Source: a virus (Duplodnaviria; Caudoviricetes). From it: 64,000 nucleotides of DNA. Both the position numbers and the translations under genes were made by a program. Every line of letters begins with the position of its first letter. The stretch's first letter is position 1. Location of the stretch: the IMG/VR virus record IMGVR_UViG_2595698755_000001, positions 64,001 to 128,000 of that record; one strand, 5' to 3'. The notes beneath the pieces are model-generated. The model did no database searches. It was not told the DNA's origin and saw only the letters and a list, made by a program, of their open reading frames with translations. Of this stretch, positions 9,041-17,955 are shown one piece after another.

Positions 9041-9592
9041 ATGGCTTTATTCTTATTAACAGGAATGTCTGGTGTAGGTAAAACGAGTATTATGGAAGAA
9101 TTAAAAAGACAAATGGCACATAGACTTTCGGAATGTGTTTCTCACACAACTAGACCGAAGAGAACAGGTGAGAAGGATGGAGTAGCATATTACTTTATCA
9201 GTGATGAATATTTTCAAGAAGGTGTTGACAAAAATGAATTTGCAGAAACGGTAGAGTATGATGGTTATAGATATGGCATTGCAAAAGCAGAGATTAAACA
9301 GAAACAATCAATAACACCTCATACATACATAATCGTTAACTATGAAGGATATAAGCAAGTTAAAGAAGTCTTCCCAGATGCAGTTGGTATCTTCTTATAC
9401 ACAACTAAAGAAGACTGTATGATTAACATGTTATCACGTGGTGATAGCATTGAACAAGCTAATAAGAGAATTGAATTGTATGATGAAGAAATCAAGAGCC
9501 GTAATGACTATGACTATGTTGTAAAGAATGTGCGTAATAAGAAGACTGGTACAATGGGTATCATTGAGAATATTATCTGGTCATATAACTAA
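9041..9592 (+). CDS. gmk: Guanylate kinase
   Basis: GMSGVGKT P-loop, SHTTRPKRTGEKDGVAYYF and YG motifs. Confidence 0.9.
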   Translation: MALFLLTGMSGVGKTSIMEELKRQMAHRLSECVSHTTRPKRTGEKDGVAYYFISDEYFQEGVDKNEFAETVEYDGYRYGIAKAEIKQKQSITPHTYIIVNYEGYKQVKEVFPDAVGIFLYTTKEDCMINMLSRGDSIEQANKRIELYDEEIKSRNDYDYVVKNVRNKKTGTMGIIENIIWSYN

Positions 9593-9598
9593 GGAGGA

Positions 9599-10141
9599 AT
9601 GTCCATGAGTGGATGTGTTGATAAACCGTCAATGACAGTTAAAAGGAGAGATTCTATGATAGGAAAAAGACCAACATTAAGAGCACCACTACTACCGAGT
9701 AACATGAGCAAGGGAGGACGTAATGAGCCACCAAAAGGAGAAAGACCTCCTGCTCCTGCACCACAACCAAAAAGTAATGTGCAAGAGAAAATGAAAGAGT
9801 TTATGAAGAATAAACGTAGAGCAGGATTAGATGCGATTATCGGCTCAATAGAGGATGTTTTTGAAGAGAATGAAAGGCTTAAACAACAATTGAGAGATTA
9901 CAGTAAAGATGCAGAGATTCAAAAATTAAAAGAAGAGATATATGATATGCGATTACATTCAATATCAATAATGTCAGAGTTAGAGAAAGACCGAGCAGAT
10001 GTATTTGCTAGTCATCATGCAGTATCATGTAAAAGTGGTGTGCAGTATATTGTTTATGGAACTGGTATTGGAACTCATACAACAGTTAAATGTCGTAAAT
10101 GTCAAGAGGAACAGGATATTACAGATTACGAAGGATGGTAA
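9599..10141 (+). CDS. Hypothetical protein (Pro-rich N-terminus, coiled coil, C-terminal CxxC); start may be 9657
   Basis: RBS AAGGAGG at 9591 and AGGAGAG before 9657; C-terminus GTGIG...KCRKC...DITDYEGW. Confidence 0.7.
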   Translation: MSMSGCVDKPSMTVKRRDSMIGKRPTLRAPLLPSNMSKGGRNEPPKGERPPAPAPQPKSNVQEKMKEFMKNKRRAGLDAIIGSIEDVFEENERLKQQLRDYSKDAEIQKLKEEIYDMRLHSISIMSELEKDRADVFASHHAVSCKSGVQYIVYGTGIGTHTTVKCRKCQEEQDITDYEGW

Positions 10142-10144
10142 TAT

Positions 10145-10234
10145 ATGGATGAAATAATTATAGCCACTGGTCTTATATCTTTCTTTGTAGGATTGATATT
10201 AGGGATTTCAGTTGGGGAAAAGTTATCTGAATAG
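10145..10234 (+). CDS. 29-aa single-TM microprotein (not in ORF track)
   Basis: MDEIIIATGLISFFVGLILGISVGEKLSE; RBS GAAGGATGG; fills the intergenic gap. Confidence 0.55.
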   Translation: MDEIIIATGLISFFVGLILGISVGEKLSE

Positions 10235-10245
10235 GAGGAAAACAA

Positions 10246-10509
10246 ATGTTTAAAGATTGGACAGATGAGAAATTAAAAGAAGAAATTGAAGATGGTTTAC
10301 GTGGTTATGCAGTCAAGAAAAAAGGTGACAAACAGAATGAAGTTGCACATTATGATGAACAGATTGCAGAAAAAATGAAAGAGATTAATCAACTACAATG
10401 GGAGCGAGAAGTGTCATTAGGAGACATTGCAGAATGGGATGCAGTGATTGCTAGAATTGATGCCCTTGTACCTCCAGTTGTAGAACCAACACCAGAAACG
10501 GGAGAGTGA
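10246..10509 (+). CDS. Hypothetical acidic coiled-coil protein
   Basis: RBS AGGAGG; 87 aa. Confidence 0.7.
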   Translation: MFKDWTDEKLKEEIEDGLRGYAVKKKGDKQNEVAHYDEQIAEKMKEINQLQWEREVSLGDIAEWDAVIARIDALVPPVVEPTPETGE

Positions 10510-10513
10510 TAAT

Positions 10514-10762
10514 ATGAAAAAGATTCTAGCTTTAACAGTATTGTCAGTAGCTTTATTAGCAGGTTGCGGTCAAGGTGACAGCATGAGATTCACAGATGAC
10601 CCTAAAGCGTATACAAAGACAGATGGTGACGTTGAAACATATATCATGATTGATACATACACAAACTGTAAATATGTATTATTTGATTGGTATCAAGGTG
10701 GAGGTGCGAGTCCTTTACTTGACAAAGAAGGTAAGCCAGTTTGTGGGAAGGATGCACAGTAA
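10514..10762 (+). CDS. Lipoprotein (DUF6440-like)
   Basis: Lipobox LAGC; D..T.CKY...GGG..PLLDKEGKP motif. Confidence 0.7.
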   Translation: MKKILALTVLSVALLAGCGQGDSMRFTDDPKAYTKTDGDVETYIMIDTYTNCKYVLFDWYQGGGASPLLDKEGKPVCGKDAQ

Positions 10763-11049
10763 TGAGAGGTACTGGTAAGAGTGATTTAGGAATAGGAGAC
10801 AAAATCATTGCTTTAAATTCTCATACTAATGCAGGATATAGAAAAGGTGACATCATCGAAATAACACGATATTCTTATCTTGATGATGGTAGTTTTATGG
10901 GGAAAAATCTTACACAGGAAAATTGTTATGGTCTTGATTATGTTTTTATAGGAAGCTATATAAAATGGAAAACAATCAATGACAACGATGCTATCTCTGT
11001 ATTTAGTTTGTTTGGATATACAATTACAATTAGAAGAAAAGGTGATTGA
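10762..11049 (+). CDS. Hypothetical protein
   Basis: ATG overlaps the previous stop; SH3-like IGDKI/KGDI motifs. Confidence 0.6.
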   Translation: MRGTGKSDLGIGDKIIALNSHTNAGYRKGDIIEITRYSYLDDGSFMGKNLTQENCYGLDYVFIGSYIKWKTINDNDAISVFSLFGYTITIRRKGD

Positions 11050-11775
11050 ATGTTTGAGTTTATTGGAACAGGAAGTGCGTTTAACACGAAACTAGGAAAC
11101 AACGGTGCATTCATTAAACAAGGAAATAAGTTTTTCATGATTGATTGTGGTAGTGCAACATTCCATCGTATCATGGAAACAGAATTACTAGATGGAGTCG
11201 AAGAGATTTATGTTATGATGACACATACACATCCAGACCATGTAGGGTCATTAGGAGATTTGATTTTCTATGGCTACTACTCTATGGGAAATGTTAAGGA
11301 GAAGAATGTTACAGTCTTAGCGCCTACTGATATAAATATAGAATCAACATTGGCAAATATGGGTGTCAAAGAAGATACATATCATTTAATAAATTATGAA
11401 GATTCTAGTGTTAATTTATTGGAAGATTTTGGGTTTTACTTTATGCCAGTCAAAACAGAACACGTTGATGAGTTAAATTGTTATGGATATATATTCAGCA
11501 AAGATGGTATCAGAACATATTACAGTGGAGATGCAAATATTATTCCAGAAACAGTATTAATGCTGTTTAACAATGGAAGTATACATAGATTGTATCAAGA
11601 TACTTGTTGGTTGGATTATGACGGTAATGTACATCTATCGTTGAGGAAGTTAGATGAATTAATTGAGGATAATAAGGATTTGAGAAGCAGAGTCTATTGT
11701 ATGCATTTAGATGGACAGTTTGATGAGATAGAAGCTATTAGTTTAGGATTTAATGTTGTAAAGGGAGTGTTGTAA
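11050..11775 (+). CDS. Metallo-beta-lactamase-fold phosphodiesterase, Apyc1/RNase Z-like
   Basis: GTGSAF..NN, IDCG, THTHPDHVGSL, HV, YYSGD, VHLSL and YCMHL motifs. Confidence 0.85.
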   Translation: MFEFIGTGSAFNTKLGNNGAFIKQGNKFFMIDCGSATFHRIMETELLDGVEEIYVMMTHTHPDHVGSLGDLIFYGYYSMGNVKEKNVTVLAPTDINIESTLANMGVKEDTYHLINYEDSSVNLLEDFGFYFMPVKTEHVDELNCYGYIFSKDGIRTYYSGDANIIPETVLMLFNNGSIHRLYQDTCWLDYDGNVHLSLRKLDELIEDNKDLRSRVYCMHLDGQFDEIEAISLGFNVVKGVL

Positions 11776-11994
11776 ATGTTAGAACAATTAATTAAAGAGA
11801 TAGAGTATAAACTTGAATTATTAGAAGGAGACATTGAAGAATACGAAGAAATGTATGGAGATGACTTCAATGCTTCTGATGCAAGCGGTGGTAATTTTGA
11901 TGATGCTTATGAATTAGGATATGAGCATGGAGAGTTATTTAAAGAGTATCATATGTTACAGAAATTCAAAAAACAATTGGAGGGCTTAAAATAA
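11776..11994 (+). CDS. Small acidic protein, SGGNFDD paralogue A
   Basis: Contains DDFNASDASGGNFDDAYELG. Confidence 0.75.
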   Translation: MLEQLIKEIEYKLELLEGDIEEYEEMYGDDFNASDASGGNFDDAYELGYEHGELFKEYHMLQKFKKQLEGLK

Positions 11995-12218
11995 TGAAAA
12001 ATTTAATTGAATTAATCGAAAAGAGAATTGCTATTTTAGAACCACAAGAAGAAGAGAATCAGACATTGATTGAAGAAGATTTTAACCCTGCTGATTGGTC
12101 TGGTGGAAACTTTGATGACTGTTACTTCATGGGAGTAAAAGATGGAGCAATTAGCGGAGAATTAGAAGCATTGTATCGAGTGTTAGGTGAACTTAAAAAA
12201 CTTGAAGGGATGATGTAG
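11994..12218 (+). CDS. Small acidic protein, SGGNFDD paralogue B
   Basis: Contains EDFNPADWSGGNFDDCYFMG; TAATG coupling to paralogue A. Confidence 0.75.
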   Translation: MKNLIELIEKRIAILEPQEEENQTLIEEDFNPADWSGGNFDDCYFMGVKDGAISGELEALYRVLGELKKLEGMM

Positions 12219-12219
12219 A

Positions 12220-12492
12220 ATGGGTAAATTACATAGATATACTAGAAAGCCAATAGACGTAATGATTCCAGAAACACAATTAAAAAATAATGCAAATACA
12301 TTTTTCGTAGAATTAGCAGGAGGAATCTTTCATGTAGAGAAAGATAGAGAAGGTAGGTATGACTACTATGCAAACGCACAAGAAGTCATAAGAGCATTGA
12401 GTAATGATGAAAGAGTCCTAGTGAAAAGTTTAAATGGAGATTTATTTTCAAATACAGACTTCTTAGAGGACATTAAGAAGGGTAGAATCTAG
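12220..12492 (+). CDS. Hypothetical protein
   Basis: 90-aa ORF tightly packed in the operon. Confidence 0.65.
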   Translation: MGKLHRYTRKPIDVMIPETQLKNNANTFFVELAGGIFHVEKDREGRYDYYANAQEVIRALSNDERVLVKSLNGDLFSNTDFLEDIKKGRI

Positions 12493-12505
12493 ATGTAGTA
12501 GGTAG

Positions 12506-12540
12506 AAGCACAATATGTACACTATATATTGTGCTTTTGT
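12506..12540 (+). terminator. Stem-loop, probable terminator
   Basis: AAGCACAATATGTA-cac-TATATATTGTGCTT followed by TTGT. Confidence 0.65.
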
Positions 12541-12565
12541 CTTGATAAAATCCATATTTTATATA
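12541..12565 (-). repeat. dif-like 25-bp site, copy 2
   Basis: Minus strand reads TATATAAAA-TATGGA-TTTTATCAAG. Confidence 0.75.
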
Positions 12566-12576
12566 GGAGGGATTTC

Positions 12577-12966
12577 ATGAAACTATGGCTAAAAACCAAA
12601 CTTAGAGATTGGTTAGGAATACAAGAAGCAGAAGCTTATTTTTGTAGAAGTATAGACGATTTAGAACGAAGATGTGGTCTGCTTGTTGATGATAATATAA
12701 GACTAGAAAATGAGAATCGTGCATTAAGAGAACGTAATGAATTTATTTTAAAGAACTTCCAGATTGCTGTTGACCACAATCCTTACGAGAATCAAAGTTG
12801 GGCGGTTGTTTGTATTAATGGTAAACCTCAATATGTCAACTTCCTTACTTTACGCAATCATGAAGCATATGAGATTATGCGTTATCTAAGAAACTATGAT
12901 AAAGGAAGTATGGTTGTGGATTCACCACATCGAACTATGAAACTAGATACTTTCAAATATTTTTAA
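12577..12966 (+). CDS. Hypothetical protein (coiled coil plus globular domain)
   Basis: RBS AGGAGG before ATG 12577. Confidence 0.7.
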   Translation: MKLWLKTKLRDWLGIQEAEAYFCRSIDDLERRCGLLVDDNIRLENENRALRERNEFILKNFQIAVDHNPYENQSWAVVCINGKPQYVNFLTLRNHEAYEIMRYLRNYDKGSMVVDSPHRTMKLDTFKYF

Positions 12967-12974
12967 AAAAACTA

Positions 12975-13003
12975 TTTACAAGCATCAAAATTAATGGTAT
13001 AAT
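12975..13003 (+). promoter_or_regulatory. sigmaA-type promoter, family member
   Basis: TTTACA-agcatcaaaattaatgg-TATAAT. Confidence 0.8.
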
Positions 13004-13034
13004 AAGATTATCAAGAACAAGGGAGAGATGTTAA

Positions 13035-13352
13035 ATGACAAAATACACATTAGTTGAAAAGACAAACGGTAACCGAAATCAATTCAAGGTAAGTATTACA
13101 GGTGATTATAATGATGGTGATTACAGCACACGAACAGAATACTTTACAAAAGAAGAATTTGAGCAAGCTGATGGAGTATATGAAGAACTGAAAAACCTTG
13201 AAGATAACTTTAGTGGGCATCATGAACTAGAAGATTTCCCTGCTGAATGGCTATGGCTTCCATCTGGGAATGATATGAGATGTCATACGTTAGAAGAATT
13301 AGTAGTTGAGTACATAGATGAAAATGGTAAAGTCTGGGACGTAATACTTTAA
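13035..13352 (+). CDS. Hypothetical acidic protein
   Basis: RBS GGGAGAG; 105 aa. Confidence 0.7.
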   Translation: MTKYTLVEKTNGNRNQFKVSITGDYNDGDYSTRTEYFTKEEFEQADGVYEELKNLEDNFSGHHELEDFPAEWLWLPSGNDMRCHTLEELVVEYIDENGKVWDVIL

Positions 13353-13373
13353 AATAACATAAGAGGTGATAAT

Positions 13374-13976
13374 ATGTGGGAAATTACAAACACAATCAAA
13401 GAACCCCTAATCAAAATCTATCCATATGGCTCTAGGGTCTATGGAACTGCAACATCAAAATCAGATTACGACTTTATGGCTATAGCACAAAGTGATGACC
13501 CAAACCTTGATTATACATTCGAGTGCGACAATGTTTCAATCCATGTTGTAAGTGAAGCATTCTTTATCAAGAAAGTTAAAGAACATCACATTAGTTATCT
13601 TGAATGTATTTTTCAAGATGTGAATGATAAGTATGCAGAATACTTCGAACTAGATTTAGAGAAACTAAGACGAAACATTTCTGCAATCTCTTCAAACAGT
13701 TTCGTTAAATGCAGAAAAAAGATAAATGATGGAGAAGTATACATAGGTAAAAAGAGTATGTTTCATTCAGTCAGAATCGTAATGTTTGGCATTCAGATTG
13801 CTAAGTATGGAGCGATTGTTGATTATAAATGTGCAAATGTTTATTACGATAGAGTCATGTCAATGGACGGTTGGGATACAATTAAAGATGAGTTTCAACC
13901 ACGATATAATAGATTCAAATCAACGCTTAGAGAACTAGCACCACTTGATTCAGACAAGAATCGGAAGGGGAGATAA
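13374..13976 (+). CDS. Pol-beta-superfamily nucleotidyltransferase
   Basis: YGSRVYG...SDYDF (GS..DxD) motif plus helical C-domain KKSMFHSVRI. Confidence 0.8.
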   Translation: MWEITNTIKEPLIKIYPYGSRVYGTATSKSDYDFMAIAQSDDPNLDYTFECDNVSIHVVSEAFFIKKVKEHHISYLECIFQDVNDKYAEYFELDLEKLRRNISAISSNSFVKCRKKINDGEVYIGKKSMFHSVRIVMFGIQIAKYGAIVDYKCANVYYDRVMSMDGWDTIKDEFQPRYNRFKSTLRELAPLDSDKNRKGR

Positions 13977-13977
13977 T

Positions 13978-14412
13978 ATGAATAAGCGGAATCGTAAAAG
14001 TCGGTTTCGCAAATTCATCAACAAAGCAATCTTAATATTTATCACACTAGGACTACTGATTTCACTGTTGGCATATTTAATGAACTTGATAGGTAAAGTT
14101 GATGTCTTAGCGAAACGTGTTGATAAACAAAACCAAAAGATAGAACAAATGACTGAGTACACTCATAATCTGGAGAAAACAATAGTTAAACAAAATGGAG
14201 AAATAAAAGAATTACATACTATGAAATTCAAGTTAGAAAACAAGCCAATACATAAGAAAGAAGATAATGTCAAGGAGACTACATACATAGATGAAGTAGG
14301 GCAAAAGTGGAGAGAGTTGGACAATGGATTGACAACTAATCCCGCACCTTTAGTTGTCACATTCTTTGCAGTATTGGGCAAATCCCTCTCTATGCTTACA
14401 ACTGCTAGATAG
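13978..14412 (+). CDS. Membrane-anchored coiled-coil protein
   Basis: Basic N-terminus, TM helix, coiled coil and hydrophobic C-terminus. Confidence 0.65.
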   Translation: MNKRNRKSRFRKFINKAILIFITLGLLISLLAYLMNLIGKVDVLAKRVDKQNQKIEQMTEYTHNLEKTIVKQNGEIKELHTMKFKLENKPIHKKEDNVKETTYIDEVGQKWRELDNGLTTNPAPLVVTFFAVLGKSLSMLTTAR

Positions 14413-14423
14413 GAGCGAATATA

Positions 14424-14636
14424 ATGAAATTTTTAAAGAGATGGTTTTGCAATCATGATTACAAGTTATTACATACATATAAGAGGGACATAGATGAAAG
14501 TGTAGGATATGAATTTAAACCTGTATATGTAATCTATTGTCCCAAGTGTGCAAAGATGAAAGAAGTCCTTGAACACGAATATATCATAATGCAACAAATG
14601 AAAAAGGTGGACGATTCGTATGATGACAAACAATGA
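14424..14636 (+). CDS. Small Zn-ribbon-like protein
   Basis: FCNHDY...YCPKC. Confidence 0.65.
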   Translation: MKFLKRWFCNHDYKLLHTYKRDIDESVGYEFKPVYVIYCPKCAKMKEVLEHEYIIMQQMKKVDDSYDDKQ

Positions 14637-15480
14637 AACTAGGAACATTGAAGTATTGGATAAATTACCCAAAAGATTCAAGATGGACTGGGGATTAAAA
14701 GCAATAGGCGTTGAGAACGCTCACAAGAAAACCAAAGGTGAAGGTGTCAAGGTTTTAGTAATTGATACTGGAATGGATGATAATCATCCAGAACTAAAAG
14801 GCAAATTGAAATATGGGATTGACATGTTTAAAAAGAACAATGACATCACAGATAACTATGGTCATGGGACACATGTTGCAGGATTGATTGCAGGTAATAA
14901 AACAGGTGTTGCACCAAACGTTGACCTCTACATTGCCAAAGTTTTAAATGAAAATGGTGAAGGTAGTATGGGGTCTGTAATGGATGGCATCACGTTAGCA
15001 ATCAATTTTGAGGTAGATGTATTATGTATGAGTCTAGGTATTCGTGGTGGGCTTCCTGTACGCCTAGAAGAACGCATTCTTGAAGCACATGCAAAAGGAA
15101 TCAATATTGTTTGTGCAGTCGGGAATATGGGATTACCAGAACCAGATTATCCTGCATTCCTAGATGAAGTAATTGCAGTTGGTGGAGTAGATGCAGACCT
15201 TAAACATTTAGAATTTTCTAATCGTGGAAAGCAAGTAGATATTACTGCACCTGCATTAAATATTCTGAGTACGTTTAAAGATGGCAAGTATGCACGTATG
15301 TCTGGAACATCTATGGCTTCACCGATTGTAGCAGGAGCAATTGCTTTATTGATATCTCACAATCGTAAAAAAGGTATCGAATTAACAAATGAACAAGTGA
15401 AAGAGAAAATCATGTCTTTAGGAAACCATACATATAATTATGGTTATGGAGTAGTGGATTTATCAAAATTATTGGATTAG
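14620..15480 (+). CDS. Subtilisin-like (S8) serine protease without signal peptide
   Basis: Triad motifs IDTG, HGTHVAG and SGTSMASP. Confidence 0.93.
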   Translation: MMTNNETRNIEVLDKLPKRFKMDWGLKAIGVENAHKKTKGEGVKVLVIDTGMDDNHPELKGKLKYGIDMFKKNNDITDNYGHGTHVAGLIAGNKTGVAPNVDLYIAKVLNENGEGSMGSVMDGITLAINFEVDVLCMSLGIRGGLPVRLEERILEAHAKGINIVCAVGNMGLPEPDYPAFLDEVIAVGGVDADLKHLEFSNRGKQVDITAPALNILSTFKDGKYARMSGTSMASPIVAGAIALLISHNRKKGIELTNEQVKEKIMSLGNHTYNYGYGVVDLSKLLD

Positions 15481-15500
15481 AGTTTTCTAGTCCAATTTTT
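15471..15500 (+). terminator. Intrinsic terminator
   Basis: ATTGGATTAG-agtttt-CTAGTCCAAT-TTTT. Confidence 0.65.
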
Positions 15501-15534
15501 GTTCTAGCAATAATAAAAATATTGCAAAAAAGTA

Positions 15535-15563
15535 TTGACAAGCATAAAAGATAATGATATAAT
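15535..15563 (+). promoter_or_regulatory. sigmaA-type promoter, family member
   Basis: TTGACA-agcataaaagataatga-TATAAT. Confidence 0.85.
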
Positions 15564-15585
15564 AAGAGTATGAAAGGGAGATGAT

Positions 15586-16746
15586 ATGATGAGCAAATAC
15601 AAACAAAGAGTATATAAATTCTTAAAAACTATGACAGTTGAAGATTATGAGAAATATGTTGATGAAGCAAATCAAGGATACATAAAAATAAATAAACATC
15701 CAGAAGATGAAAACATAGTAATCCTAAATTATACTGAACAAACAACATTTGCAAGACGTTGGAATCATGAAACAATGACTGCACGAGGTTTGATTTTAGA
15801 CTTGACAGAAGCAAAAGATAATGGTATAATATATGTACTAGCGAAACCATTCGAAAAATTCTTTAACTATGGTGAGAATCTTGAGTATCAAGAAGATATC
15901 GACTTCACTAAAACACCTATGGTTATGGAGAAGATGGATGGCTCACTAGGAATCTCTTACTTCTTCAATGATGAAATTAGATTTGCAACTCGTGGAAGTT
16001 TCATCTCTGACCAAGCAATTGAAGCAACTAAAATCTGGAAAGAAAAATATGCAGATGGTTTTGAGTGGGGAGCATATACATTAGCACCAGTTACATACTT
16101 AGTTGAAATAATTTATCAATCAAATAGAATTGTGGTTGATTATGGAGGTATGAGAGATTTAATCTTGTTAGGTGTCATGCAAATATTCAATCATGGAATG
16201 TGCAAAGATAACAGCTTCTATCTTGACCAGAACTATGAGATGTTAGAAAGAGAAGCACGTTGGTTGGGAATGAAATTAGCACCTCAATACAAATTCACTC
16301 TTGAAGAAATGTTAGAAATGAAAAAGAATATCCCTGCTAATGAAGAGGGTTGGATTTTACGATATGGTAATAAGCGTTTAAAAATCAAAGGTGATGAGTA
16401 TTTAACAGTACATAAGATTACATACGGTTTATCTGATAAAGCGAAATTTGAAGCATGGGCAACAGGTAATCTCGATGAGTTTATCATGCGAATGCCAGAA
16501 GAGTTTCGTGGTGAGTTAGAAGAGTTTGGTGCAAGATTAGATGTAATCTTAGGTTTTGAGTTAGATAAATTACATAATACATATAGAGAAGCACGTAAGG
16601 TTTTAGCTACATACATAAACAAAGAGATTGATAGAGAGCAACGTGGATTTGTTTTTGGAGCATTTGACTTCAAAGGTATCAATGAAATGGAAGTTAGAAA
16701 GCAAATCGCTAAAAATTACAAAGAGTATATGGAGGTATCTGAATGA
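15586..16746 (+). CDS. RNA ligase 1 (T4 Rnl1-like)
   Basis: ARGLIL, PFEKFFN, EKMDGSLG, ATRGSF, EGWIL and KIKG..Y motifs. Confidence 0.88.
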   Translation: MMSKYKQRVYKFLKTMTVEDYEKYVDEANQGYIKINKHPEDENIVILNYTEQTTFARRWNHETMTARGLILDLTEAKDNGIIYVLAKPFEKFFNYGENLEYQEDIDFTKTPMVMEKMDGSLGISYFFNDEIRFATRGSFISDQAIEATKIWKEKYADGFEWGAYTLAPVTYLVEIIYQSNRIVVDYGGMRDLILLGVMQIFNHGMCKDNSFYLDQNYEMLEREARWLGMKLAPQYKFTLEEMLEMKKNIPANEEGWILRYGNKRLKIKGDEYLTVHKITYGLSDKAKFEAWATGNLDEFIMRMPEEFRGELEEFGARLDVILGFELDKLHNTYREARKVLATYINKEIDREQRGFVFGAFDFKGINEMEVRKQIAKNYKEYMEVSE

Positions 16747-17717
16747 GACAATTTATTATGTTAGTTGGAATTGCAGGAAGTGGTAAGTCAACATTTGCAG
16801 AAAACCTTGCAAGTGGTGCTGTTTACCTTTCATCTGATGCACTTAGAGAAGAACTTCTTGGAGATGAAAATAACCAAGAAAAGAACTCTGACATCTTTGT
16901 TGAAATGGCAAAACGCACAAAAGAAGCTTTACAAGCAGGATTTGATGTAATATATGATGCAACAAATATCAGTCGTAAAAGACGAAGAGGATTACTACAA
17001 CAGCTTCCTAAGAATGTTACAAAGCGAGTATTATACATAGCACCAGAGTTAGATGTAATCAAGTATCAAAATGAAAATAGAAGCAGAGTTGTCCCTCCAG
17101 AGGTAATTGACCGAATGTATAAGAATCTTCAAGTACCAATCTACAGTGAAGGTTGGGATGATATTCAAATGGTGATTCCGAAGCTGACTAAGTTTTCCGA
17201 GTCTGTATCTGAAACAATTCGTGGGATGGTATTAACAAACCCATATGAAGATGAGATTATGGATAAACTAGCACTCTACTTTAGAGAGTTTAAGGATATC
17301 TTAAACATGCCACAAGATTCTACATACCATAGCTTTTCAGTGAGCAGACATACATACTATGTTTACAAAGAAGTGTTTGATAACTACCATGAGCACGATA
17401 GAGAGTTAATGCTTTGGGTTGCACTGCTTCATGATACAGGTAAAGCATTCTGTAAAAGCTTTTACAATCGTAAAGGTGAGAAAGTAAGATATGCAAACTT
17501 TATTGGTCATGAACATGTTTCTTCACAACTTGCAGTACATGTAATGCGAAGACTTAACTTTGATATGGAGACTATCAGAAAAGCAACATTACTGATTCAG
17601 TTTCACATGTACCTTCTTGACCAAAAAGCAAATAGAACCAAACTTCTGAATCAAGTTGGTCAAGATATGTTTGATAGATTAGAATTTCTGCGTAATGCAG
17701 ATACACTAGCACACTAG
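16743..17717 (+). CDS. Polynucleotide kinase fused to HD-domain phosphoesterase
   Basis: GIAGSGKST, SSDALR and DATN..R kinase motifs; C-terminal H...HT...LLHDTGK...HE...HM...D; ATGA-coupled to rnl1. Confidence 0.85.
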   Translation: MRQFIMLVGIAGSGKSTFAENLASGAVYLSSDALREELLGDENNQEKNSDIFVEMAKRTKEALQAGFDVIYDATNISRKRRRGLLQQLPKNVTKRVLYIAPELDVIKYQNENRSRVVPPEVIDRMYKNLQVPIYSEGWDDIQMVIPKLTKFSESVSETIRGMVLTNPYEDEIMDKLALYFREFKDILNMPQDSTYHSFSVSRHTYYVYKEVFDNYHEHDRELMLWVALLHDTGKAFCKSFYNRKGEKVRYANFIGHEHVSSQLAVHVMRRLNFDMETIRKATLLIQFHMYLLDQKANRTKLLNQVGQDMFDRLEFLRNADTLAH

Positions 17718-17729
17718 GAGGTTATTGAA

Positions 17730-17924
17730 ATGAAAGTTGAATTTGAGTTTGTTGATGGTGAAGTTTATGTAGTCGTATATCAAGAAATCTGGGACTTAGA
17801 AGATGGTCAAGATAAGTTTGTTGTACATAGAGAGAAGGTTTCAGAAACAGTTGCAGTAATGGCAAACAAATATCACGCTTTTCAGTTTAATAAAATACTA
17901 ATTGAAAATTCGTGGAAAAAATAA
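17730..17924 (+). CDS. Hypothetical protein
   Basis: RBS AGGAGG; 64 aa. Confidence 0.65.
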   Translation: MKVEFEFVDGEVYVVVYQEIWDLEDGQDKFVVHREKVSETVAVMANKYHAFQFNKILIENSWKK

Positions 17925-17955
17925 TAAAACCAAACAGAGAAAAGGGGAATGTAAT

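Noticed and set aside
12519-12534. ACACTATATATTGTGC closely matches the NrdR box consensus
   Set aside because: Single copy, about 10 kb from the nrd promoter, and it forms the right arm of a terminator-like hairpin; NrdR boxes normally occur in pairs at nrd promoters.
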